Shown piece by piece: positions 56,534-64,000 of a stretch of 64,000 nucleotides of DNA. Location of the stretch: positions 32,001 to 96,000 of IMG/VR virus record IMGVR_UViG_3300025121_000776, one strand, 5' to 3'. Position 1 is the stretch's first letter. Every line of letters begins with the position of its first letter. The stretch is from a virus. The notes under the pieces are model-generated. The model saw only the letters and a list, made by a program, of their open reading frames with translations, was not told where the DNA came from and did not search any database. The position numbers and the translations under genes were made by a program.

Positions 56534-57325
56534 ATGTTAAAAAAGATTTTAGACAACATCCAAACAATTTTAGTTATTGCCGCTGTTTTAGTATTACTTC
56601 TTTTCTTAAATCAATGTAATACAACGAGAAAACTAAAAAAAGAAATGCAACGCCAAGAACAAATTTCCAAGCAAAATATAGCGACTTTAAGTGATTCACT
56701 TAAAGTTTACAAAAACAATGCTGGGGAAATATCTTATAGCAAACCAATTGCTCAAATGTCCCCAGAAGAAATTAAAAAACATTTCCCAGATTTATATAAA
56801 AGCATGGATGCTGCTTTGGGAGAAGTTAAAATTTTATGGAAAACTCATGTTGAGTATACAGACACTGGTTCAGTAAAAAACGGCATAGTTCAGCTTGATA
56901 GTAATAAATTTGTTTTAGGATATGAATATTATTCCACAGACAGCTCACTACACATTAAATCAACTAATACATTTTTTGCTGACCCAATATTGGTTGACAA
57001 GGAAAAAAATAAATATAAAGTAGTTACAGCCCCTGGTATCTCTACAATAAACGATTTAAGTTTAAAAATGGGATTTACTACTGGAATCTCAAAAGAAGGC
57101 GATTTATACAAAATTTTCATTACCCCCGACAATAAAAAGGTCGTTGTAGGTGATATTATAGGAGCTGACGTGTCCAGTATGATTAACCCACCTCAACCTC
57201 CATCCAAAAATAAAAGATGGTCTATAGGGCTTTATATTGGCTTTGGAATGAATTTTAGTAAAGGAACCTATCAAATAGGACCAGGTGTGGGGGCAAGTTT
57301 ACAATATTCAATACTTAAGTTTTAA
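56534..57325 (+). CDS. envelope protein, spanin candidate
   Basis: N-terminal TM ending LFLNQC, coiled coil, C-terminal amphipathic strands ending LQYSILKF; late motif at 56508-56516. Confidence 0.5.
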   Translation: MLKKILDNIQTILVIAAVLVLLLFLNQCNTTRKLKKEMQRQEQISKQNIATLSDSLKVYKNNAGEISYSKPIAQMSPEEIKKHFPDLYKSMDAALGEVKILWKTHVEYTDTGSVKNGIVQLDSNKFVLGYEYYSTDSSLHIKSTNTFFADPILVDKEKNKYKVVTAPGISTINDLSLKMGFTTGISKEGDLYKIFITPDNKKVVVGDIIGADVSSMINPPQPPSKNKRWSIGLYIGFGMNFSKGTYQIGPGVGASLQYSILKF

Positions 57326-57361
57326 AAAAATTTTACAATATTTATTATAAATTCAATTGTT

Positions 57362-57949
57362 ATGGAAGCAAGCAAAAAAGCAAAAGGCTATGCTGAGAAA
57401 TTAGTTATACTATTAGCCAAAAAAATAGACGTTGATATTTCAAAATACAGTATGGATGAATTGGTGCAAGGAATGTTTGTGGAATTAGAACACGGAAGCC
57501 AAGGTCAAGAGAAAAATACAAATATCACTAATGATGACCCAATAGCAACTCTTCAAATAGCATTGGCACATTTAAATGAAATTCCAGATTATTATACCAG
57601 ACTTAAAAAAATGGAAGATGAAGCTGATTCTGTTAAGACAGAAGATTTAGAAGAAAACTCAGAAGAAGAAGAAACCGAAGAAAACTCAAACAAAAAAGAA
57701 TTGACCATGGAAAATATTTCTAAAAGATTTAAAGAACTTTGCGGTATTGTAGAAAACGAAGACAAAAGACAGTTAAAAAACATTATATATCAAGATAAAT
57801 CAAAAAAAAGCCTTCTAAAAGAAGAAATAGACCCAGAAAAATTTAGTATAGCTAAATTTAGCAATGATGGAATTGGAAAAGAAAAATCAGAAGAGGAAAT
57901 TGATTTATATAAAATGTTAAAAAAAGATAACAAAGAAAAATTAAGTTAA
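57362..57949 (+). CDS. DUF5661-like protein
   Basis: ELVQGMFVELEHG...TNDDP..TLQIALAHLNEIPDYYTRLKKME. Confidence 0.65.
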   Translation: MEASKKAKGYAEKLVILLAKKIDVDISKYSMDELVQGMFVELEHGSQGQEKNTNITNDDPIATLQIALAHLNEIPDYYTRLKKMEDEADSVKTEDLEENSEEEETEENSNKKELTMENISKRFKELCGIVENEDKRQLKNIIYQDKSKKSLLKEEIDPEKFSIAKFSNDGIGKEKSEEEIDLYKMLKKDNKEKLS

Positions 57950-58218
57950 ATTTTGTTTTTGCTAAAAATCTTGCTTAGCACCCCTCTTTTTTCAAGCTTA
58001 GGCTCACCAGGAATTATTTTTTCTTTGGTTTTAACTCCATCTAATTGGCTAAAAGCACTAGATATTATATCAGAAACTATGTCATGAGATAAAACCTTCA
58101 ACATGATAGCTTTTTCATCTGTTGTGGAGTCTTGGTTATTCCATAGGGCAATTTTATTATGAACCCTTATTATTAATTTATCCATATCAATTGCAAGCTC
58201 TCTTTTGTTTGATTCCAT
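57946..58218 (-). CDS. hypothetical protein
   Basis: 90-aa ORF convergent with the DUF5661-like gene. Confidence 0.5.
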   Translation of the reverse strand: MESNKRELAIDMDKLIIRVHNKIALWNNQDSTTDEKAIMLKVLSHDIVSDIISSAFSQLDGVKTKEKIIPGEPKLEKRGVLSKIFSKNKI

Positions 58219-58269
58219 ATTGATTTTATAATTTTAATTATATATTTTTAAGTACATAAAGTAAATATA

Positions 58270-59160
58270 ATGAAAAAAAATGAAAAAACAAATATTGTAA
58301 TACAATCTTTTTTAGTTAAGATAATTTCTGATGAATGGGAAAGTTTAAACAATAGTGAGACGTTTCATTTATGCCAATATGCTGATTTTGATAAAATTTC
58401 AGATAGAATTATAGCAGATAACGAAGAAATATATTCTATAATTCCCTGGGAAAGAGTAGATAGAATGAAAATTGTAAGAGTAATTGCTAGAAATATAAAA
58501 ATTGCAGACTTAGTTGATTTATCAAAGTTTAATTATACAATCAGAGAAACAAAAAACATGCTTAGAATTCACCCAAGTTTAATCCATAAAATAAAAACTG
58601 ACTTAAACACACTAAAACACGAAGATGCTTTTGCTTTGCTAACTATTGGAGTTGAAGAGCTATCTAAAAAAATAGATGTAAAAAACTATAATTTTTCTCC
58701 TAAAGAAGTATATGATATTATAGAATATAATAACTTTGAAAGGCGTATTATACTTGAAATTAACTTAAAAAACTTAAAAGACTATCACATCTGCGATATT
58801 ATCAAAAATACGGGAGATGAATTTTTTAACTTATTAGATTTAAATAAACTAACAGCAAGAAAATGGGTTGAAATACTATCGGTTCAATCACAATTACTTT
58901 GTTGTTGTAATTTAAATAAATTTAAAGAAAGCGACATATACAACAGCGTAGAGCTTATTTCTTTATTTCCACGTCAAGATTTAGATTTTTTAATTAAAGA
59001 CCGAAATTATAAAGAGGAACTTTCGGCATTAGGTTGGGAAAAATTGATTATAACTCGTCCAAATGAGTATATAGATGAGTGTTGTAGTAATAAATTAAAC
59101 GAAACCAATTGGAAAAACATTCTTAATTACCATCCACACTTAATATCATACAAACCATAA
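58270..59160 (+). CDS. helical-repeat hypothetical protein
   Basis: Recurrent ~22-24-aa units L..L....W..IL..QP.L. Confidence 0.5.
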   Translation: MKKNEKTNIVIQSFLVKIISDEWESLNNSETFHLCQYADFDKISDRIIADNEEIYSIIPWERVDRMKIVRVIARNIKIADLVDLSKFNYTIRETKNMLRIHPSLIHKIKTDLNTLKHEDAFALLTIGVEELSKKIDVKNYNFSPKEVYDIIEYNNFERRIILEINLKNLKDYHICDIIKNTGDEFFNLLDLNKLTARKWVEILSVQSQLLCCCNLNKFKESDIYNSVELISLFPRQDLDFLIKDRNYKEELSALGWEKLIITRPNEYIDECCSNKLNETNWKNILNYHPHLISYKP

Positions 59161-59421
59161 TTACAATTGATTTCCAAGCGTGGTTTTTAACTTTTTAAGA
59201 GAGGTAATAAGACCATCAATTTGATTTATAGTGCCTTCCTTATCTGGATTTTCTTTTTTAGCCTCAAATTGATTTTTCAAATCAACGAGTTTATCATAAG
59301 CATCTTTTTTCAACTCATCAAACCCACTTCTTTTTGTCAATGTAGAATCGGTTATTCCATCTGCGTTTAAAAGTATTTCTCTTATTTGATTTCTTAATTT
59401 TTTTATTTCATCAATTTCCAT
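59161..59421 (-). CDS. hypothetical helical protein
   Basis: KKLRNQIREIL start; late motif at 59440-59448. Confidence 0.55.
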   Translation of the reverse strand: MEIDEIKKLRNQIREILLNADGITDSTLTKRSGFDELKKDAYDKLVDLKNQFEAKKENPDKEGTINQIDGLITSLKKLKTTLGNQL

Positions 59422-59534
59422 ATAATTCCTTTTATTTTATATAAATATTAACAAAAACTGTTTTTTTTAAAAATTGTTTTTATTATATTTTTTAAAAGAG
59501 TTAAAAATAAATAATATTTATATAAATAATACAA

Positions 59535-60629
59535 ATGGTGATGGACTATATAAATTTAGATTTTTGTATAATTGAAAATCCCCTGGATAAAAACAAAAGA
59601 CCAATTATTTTTGTTACTAGAAAGGGTAGACAATATTTAGATGAAACTATAATTGATGAAGATGATTACGAAAAAGCTATATATATTATCAAAAACATAG
59701 GATATATCGAATCTGATATATTAACATTTGAGTTTTCTCAAGACCCAGGATTTCCAAGTATTGAAATTAAGGATATTAAAAAAACTTTAGAAAACGAGGG
59801 AATGAAATATAGCGAAGAGTTGGAAAAAACTATAAAAACTGAATTTGAGTTGTTTAATTTAAGGGGCGCTAAACAACTTTTGCAAGACTTAAATAGTGCT
59901 CAACCAATTTTAACTCCAGAAATATTATTCACACAAAAAAAAGGCAACTCATACAAAATACCAGAAATTGGAGAAAAGTTAACATTATATTTTTATTTAT
60001 TTATTGAATGTAAATTTTTTGGAGATAAATGTTATTTAAATTTAAATGGAGATTTTATATCTAATAAAAGTGATGCTTTAAGAAATTATATTACTCCGTT
60101 TAAATGTGATTTTATTAGAATAAATAATATATATAATCCAAATAAAATAATTTTAAAAAGCTGTCAAAAGAATTCAGATATATTAAAAAAACTCCCCATG
60201 GACTTTAATGGAGCTTTTAATCTAAAAATAAAAGAAGGAAATAAAATTTTAGATAAATTGTTTGTTTATTATTTAATGGAAGTAAAAGGCAATTTTCCGC
60301 AAGAAAATAGAATTACTATAGAAATAGACAGTTCAATTAATTTTGACAAAATGATTTTAATGTCCAAAGGGATAAAAAAAGATTACGGAGCTTTATTTCA
60401 TTTAAAACATAGTATTAATACAATAGTTCCAATTTTTGAAGATATGATAATTAAGGCATTAACTCCTAGAATGCTCGCTCATGCAGAGAAAGATGAATTT
60501 GAGAAAGCATCAATGATTAAAAAAGATATCTCTTATATAGAAAAAAAACTGATTCTTCTTAAAGAAGAAATAATCAACAAAGGCGAATTAAATTATTATC
60601 AATACATTAGTAAATTTCATGTAAATTAA
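59535..60629 (+). CDS. hypothetical protein with C-terminal UVR (UvrB/C) motif
   Basis: MLAHAEKDEFEKASMIKKDI. Confidence 0.55.
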   Translation: MVMDYINLDFCIIENPLDKNKRPIIFVTRKGRQYLDETIIDEDDYEKAIYIIKNIGYIESDILTFEFSQDPGFPSIEIKDIKKTLENEGMKYSEELEKTIKTEFELFNLRGAKQLLQDLNSAQPILTPEILFTQKKGNSYKIPEIGEKLTLYFYLFIECKFFGDKCYLNLNGDFISNKSDALRNYITPFKCDFIRINNIYNPNKIILKSCQKNSDILKKLPMDFNGAFNLKIKEGNKILDKLFVYYLMEVKGNFPQENRITIEIDSSINFDKMILMSKGIKKDYGALFHLKHSINTIVPIFEDMIIKALTPRMLAHAEKDEFEKASMIKKDISYIEKKLILLKEEIINKGELNYYQYISKFHVN

Positions 60630-60653
60630 CTTGTTTAATAAAAATTTTTTTAT

Positions 60654-60661
60654 TACCTTTG
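60654..60661 (+). promoter_or_regulatory. Bacteroidota-type -7 promoter element TAnnTTTG (representative copy, upstream of dut)
   Basis: TACCTTTG with TTG about 20 nt upstream; also at 29830, 32012, 37072, 51016 (+) and 46444 (-). Confidence 0.65.
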
Positions 60662-60684
60662 TTTTTTAATTTAAAAAATAAAAT

Positions 60685-61449
60685 ATGAAATTTGTAAGAA
60701 TTGTGAACAAATCAAAAAATTTACTTCCAGATTATGCAACAGCATTCTCTGCGGGAATAGATTTAAGGGCAAGTTTAGAAAATGAAACCCCAGTATCAAT
60801 TAGACCACTTGAAAGGAAATTAATTAAAACAGACTTGTTTATTGAACTTCCTATTGGTTACGAAGCAACTATTCGTCCTCGGAGTGGTTTAGCTTTAAAA
60901 AACGGGATTACTGTGTTAAATAGCCCAGGAACGATAAACTAAAAAAAATTCTATCGTACTTTGTCGGTTTAAAAATTTTTAAACTTGACATGTATAGAAC
61001 AATCTGTCGTTTTAAAACAGGGTGAATTGCTGGAAAATCTTGTATAAATTCACAAGACAATCAGCAGCCAAGCTTTGGAAGAAATTCCTTAGAAGGTTCA
61101 ACGACTAATTTCCAAGTCTTAGCAAGTAAAGTTGAAGACGGTAACGAAAACAAGAGCGCCCTGCAACATTATAAATGTTGATGATATAGTCTGACCTGCA
61201 TGTATAAATAAAGATGCAGAAATCAAAGATAAAGAGCTTTGGTGATAACAAAAGCGAGATGCTGATTATAGAGGTAATATTGGTGTAATTCTTATTAATT
61301 TATCAGAAGAAGAATTTGTCATAAATCAAGGTGATAGAATAGCTCAAATGGTTATTGCAAAACACGAAAGAGTTGAGTTGGAGTCTGTACTAATCTTAAA
61401 CGATACAAAACGTGGTTCTGAGGGATTCGGTCACACAGGTAAAATATAA
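60685..61449 (+). CDS. dut: trimeric dUTPase split by a group I intron (exon 1 60685-60935, exon 2 61257-61449; 147 aa spliced)
   Basis: Exon 1: [19 protein letters not shown]. Exon 2 (missed by the ORF track): [26 protein letters not shown]. Joining gives ACG AT|A GAT = T-I-D in frame. Confidence 0.95.
60936..61256 (+). ncRNA. self-splicing group I intron (IA-like), 321 nt, no internal ORF
   Basis: 5' exon ends in U and the intron ends in G; P AATTGCTGGAAA (61025), Q AATCAGCAG (61059), R GTTCAACGACTA (61096), S GATATAGTCTG (61183); P3 CAGGGTG (61018)/CGCCCTG (61157); P7 GACTA/TAGTC. Confidence 0.93.
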
Positions 61450-61452
61450 ATA

Positions 61453-61689
61453 ATGGAAAACATAGAAACTGGCTACTCACAACCATTCGGAGCAAAAGCA
61501 AAAGATTATAAGTGTCCTACATGTGGTAAAATGCCATCTGATGAATACATCATAGATGGAGTAATGTTTCCTATATACCTTAATGAATCAATTGGGTCAG
61601 ATATGGATGGTTCTTATCACAACTGGGATGAAACTCATAAATGTACAGAATGCGGTACTAATTTTTGGTTTAGAAATGGAGCATATTAA
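61453..61689 (+). CDS. small Zn-ribbon protein
   Basis: CPTCG...HKCTECG. Confidence 0.6.
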   Translation: MENIETGYSQPFGAKAKDYKCPTCGKMPSDEYIIDGVMFPIYLNESIGSDMDGSYHNWDETHKCTECGTNFWFRNGAY

Positions 61690-61701
61690 AAATAAAATAA
61701 A

Positions 61702-62967
61702 ATGAAACAATTTATTGAATTAATTACAACCATCCTCAAAGATGGTAGAGTAAATACAGACCGCACTGGAGTGGGCACAGTATCTACATTTGGACATCAA
61801 TCTGTATTCTATATGAAAGATGGGTTTCCTTTGCTAACATTAAAAAAAACGTTTTACAAAGGAATTATTCATGAGCTTCTTTGGTTTCTTAATGCGGTGC
61901 CAGAAGAATATAAAAAGTTTGGCAACACAAACATTAAATATTTGGTTGATAATAACGTTCATATTTGGGATGAGTGGGCGTATGTAAAATACAAAAAACA
62001 CACAAGTACCATAGAAGAGCCAGATATGTCAGTTCTTATAGATGACCCTCAACGAAATAATAGCGTTAGAGAAATGACTCAAAAAGAATTTGCAGATGCA
62101 ATTAAAAACGATGATGAATTTGCTATGAAATGGGGAGACCTTGGTCCAGTTTACGGAAAACAATGGACTGATTGGGGTGGCTACACTAAAAAATATCAAG
62201 AACAAAGAAGTTATGGTGGAAGCTTTGGTGGCGAAACAAGCATTGTTTATGGCGATTGGAAAGAAGAAAAAATCCCAGGCATTAATCAAATTGATGTTCT
62301 TATTAATACTCTAAAAAATAGGCCAGACGATAGGGGAATTATGGTTTCAGCATGGGATGTAGCAGAATTGGGAAAAATGGCACTTAGGCCTTGCCATACC
62401 ATATTCCAATTTAAAGCAGAGCCACTTACCATTGATGAAAGAATAGATTTATTTATAAAAGATGGTGGTGACGTATTGGATTTGGGAATTGGGGGGAATG
62501 ACGAACAAGTAAGTTCCATTTTAACAACATTGGAAATCCCCAAATTTAGGCTTTCTTTACAGCTTTATCAACGCAGCGCAGATACTTTTTTAGGCGTAAG
62601 TTATAATATTGCAGGGTATTCTTTACTTTTGCATATGGTTGCTCAAATTGTCAATATGGTGCCATATAAGTTTGTTCATACCTTTGGAGACTTACACTTA
62701 TATCTTAATCATAAAGACCAGGTAAATGAGTTATTAAACAGAACTTATAACGAAGGGGAAGGAATAGACCCCAAAGATGAAATAGATTACTGGGATAACA
62801 TTAGAGAAACTTTATCAGATAATTGTGTGGGACATTATCGTGGACCAGAACTTCCAACATTAAAATTAAATCCAGCTATAAAAAATATTTCTGATTTTAG
62901 AATTGAAGATATAGAAGTTTTAAATTATAATCCACTACCAGCAATAAGTGCACCAGTAGCAGTATAG
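61702..62967 (+). CDS. thyA: thymidylate synthase ThyA with insertions
   Basis: DRTGVGT, IIHELLWFL, IWDEW, DLGPVYGKQW, ALRPCH (catalytic C), YQRSAD.FLG...NI, GDLHLY.NH, I.APVAV. Confidence 0.95.
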   Translation: MKQFIELITTILKDGRVNTDRTGVGTVSTFGHQSVFYMKDGFPLLTLKKTFYKGIIHELLWFLNAVPEEYKKFGNTNIKYLVDNNVHIWDEWAYVKYKKHTSTIEEPDMSVLIDDPQRNNSVREMTQKEFADAIKNDDEFAMKWGDLGPVYGKQWTDWGGYTKKYQEQRSYGGSFGGETSIVYGDWKEEKIPGINQIDVLINTLKNRPDDRGIMVSAWDVAELGKMALRPCHTIFQFKAEPLTIDERIDLFIKDGGDVLDLGIGGNDEQVSSILTTLEIPKFRLSLQLYQRSADTFLGVSYNIAGYSLLLHMVAQIVNMVPYKFVHTFGDLHLYLNHKDQVNELLNRTYNEGEGIDPKDEIDYWDNIRETLSDNCVGHYRGPELPTLKLNPAIKNISDFRIEDIEVLNYNPLPAISAPVAV

Positions 62968-62980
62968 CAAAAGAATAAAA

Positions 62981-63010
62981 AAAAGCCAGGCAATCCTGGC
63001 TTTTGTTTTT
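62981..63010. terminator. bidirectional intrinsic terminator
   Basis: AAAAGCCAGG-CAAT-CCTGGCTTTT between convergent genes. Confidence 0.8.
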
Positions 63011-63386
63011 ATTGTGGGGGTTTATTCTTATCTGAATTTGTTATTGTTGAGTTTGGTCTTATCCCCGAAGTTCTATCAAGAATCACTTTAACGTCTCCCT
63101 TTATTTCTTCTATTTGTTTTATGAATTGTTCATCTTTTATCTGGAAAGAGCCAAGTTTTTCATCCAATTTTTCTTCTACTGTTTGAATAAATTCACTTTT
63201 ATCTTTTTCCATTTGCGATTTATAATCACTAACATCCGCCTTAACATCAAAATATGCAAGTGTAAAAGCAGAAGAAAATAATGTTATTAAGCCACCAACA
63301 ACCCATATAGCAACTTTTACTGATAATGTGATTTTAGTGTTTTCACCAATTGTTTGTACTCCAACCTTTGCTTCAATATCTCCCAT
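63009..63386 (-). CDS. single-pass membrane protein with coiled coil
   Basis: VAIWVVGGLITLFSSAFTLAYF followed by heptad repeats. Confidence 0.55.
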   Translation of the reverse strand: MGDIEAKVGVQTIGENTKITLSVKVAIWVVGGLITLFSSAFTLAYFDVKADVSDYKSQMEKDKSEFIQTVEEKLDEKLGSFQIKDEQFIKQIEEIKGDVKVILDRTSGIRPNSTITNSDKNKPPQ

Positions 63387-63418
63387 GTCTTTTTTTTTTA
63401 ATAAATATTACAAATTTT

Positions 63419-63913
63419 CTAATAAACCACGGAATTTTGCCAAGTTATCAAAATAATGTCATCTGAATTTAAAGATTGAAACATTATTACGAGGTTAACT
63501 CCATCAAAGCTACCGCTTTTAGGGTTAATTAAAAAATATTCTAAATATTTAACATTTTGTAAAACTCCTAAAATATTTGACTTAGAAATGCTAACTCCTT
63601 TCAAATATGTTCCTGCTAAATATCCATAAGAATTATAACTATTACTATAAAAATATACATAATAAGTATATAATCCATTAATTGCATAAGTTGTTCTCAT
63701 TACTTTCGTGTAAAAACATGGGCAGCCAGCGCAAACAGTGCCAAACATTCCCCAATCATAAACTCTTCCGTTTTTATCAACCAATATTTGATACATATTT
63801 GCTTCCGTATTATATCCAGCATCTGATTTATAAGAATAATACTGATTGTGATTTTGAGCTACTCCAAGCAGCCATGTTATTGATAATACAAGTAATAATA
63901 CAAATGTTTTCAT
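63419..63913 (-). CDS. secreted/periplasmic protein with signal peptide
   Basis: MKTFVLLLVLSITWLLGVA|Q Sec signal; CAGCPC motif. Confidence 0.55.
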   Translation of the reverse strand: MKTFVLLLVLSITWLLGVAQNHNQYYSYKSDAGYNTEANMYQILVDKNGRVYDWGMFGTVCAGCPCFYTKVMRTTYAINGLYTYYVYFYSNSYNSYGYLAGTYLKGVSISKSNILGVLQNVKYLEYFLINPKSGSFDGVNLVIMFQSLNSDDIILITWQNSVVY

Positions 63914-64000
63914 AATTATAGGTCATAAATTATTTCAAATCCAAAATTCATTGCAAAGTCTTTAATCATAATTCCAGCCTTAGCATTGGCTTCATCTTCT

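Noticed and set aside
60685-60942. Truncated dUTPase pseudogene (as the ORF track suggests)
   Set aside because: The remaining exon and a complete group I intron core are present, so the gene is interrupted rather than dead
787-63915. Numerous short antisense or alternative-frame ORFs in the six-frame track (e.g. 787..990, 2331..2627, 43548..43988, 53516..54085)
   Set aside because: They overlap well-supported genes, lack motifs, and reflect low-complexity codon shadows
1-64000. Alternative genetic code (stop-codon reassignment as in some jumbo phages)
   Set aside because: Long intact ORFs under code 11, with TAA, TAG and TGA all used as real stops; the two internal breaks are isolated
1-64000. 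tRNA or rRNA genes
   Set aside because: No cloverleaf with a T-loop GTTC(G/A)A and acceptor stem was found by eye; intergenic gaps are short and explained by promoters and terminators

Overview
The whole window is an AT-rich, densely coding segment of a large T4-like (contractile-tailed, probably jumbo) bacteriophage using standard genetic code 11. The host is most likely Bacteroidota: replication genes carry TAnnTTTG -7 promoter elements, starts lack Shine-Dalgarno sequences, and there is a Bacteroidota-style lipoprotein. Layout from left to right: (i) 0.3-3.4 kb, two glycosyltransferases and a gp55-like phage sigma factor; (ii) 3.5-28.8 kb, a baseplate/tail module (gp5-like spike, gp25-like, gp6/J-like, P2-I/gp7-like, paralogous fibre-like proteins); (iii) 28.9-40.7 kb, replication/recombination genes (RuvC-like resolvase, DnaG-type primase, fused Mre11-Rad50, Cas4-like exonuclease, Hc1-like protein, SNF2 helicase), interrupted by an unannotated micro-lipoprotein, an inverted RHH + stop-disrupted LAGLIDADG cassette and an inverted WYL-like gene; (iv) 40.9-59.4 kb, an endolysin and many unknown, apparently late-expressed proteins sharing N-terminal amphipathic/I-x-E motifs (candidate head-packaged proteins), two PcfJ-like proteins and a spanin candidate; (v) 59.5-63 kb, dUTPase and ThyA. 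The best-supported discovery is a 321-nt ORF-less group I intron (60936-61256) splitting the dUTPase gene inside motif III. Precise removal restores TIDADYRG and a 147-aa enzyme. No tRNA, rRNA, CRISPR array, integrase or reverse transcriptase was seen. All homology calls come from motif recognition by eye; no database search was run.
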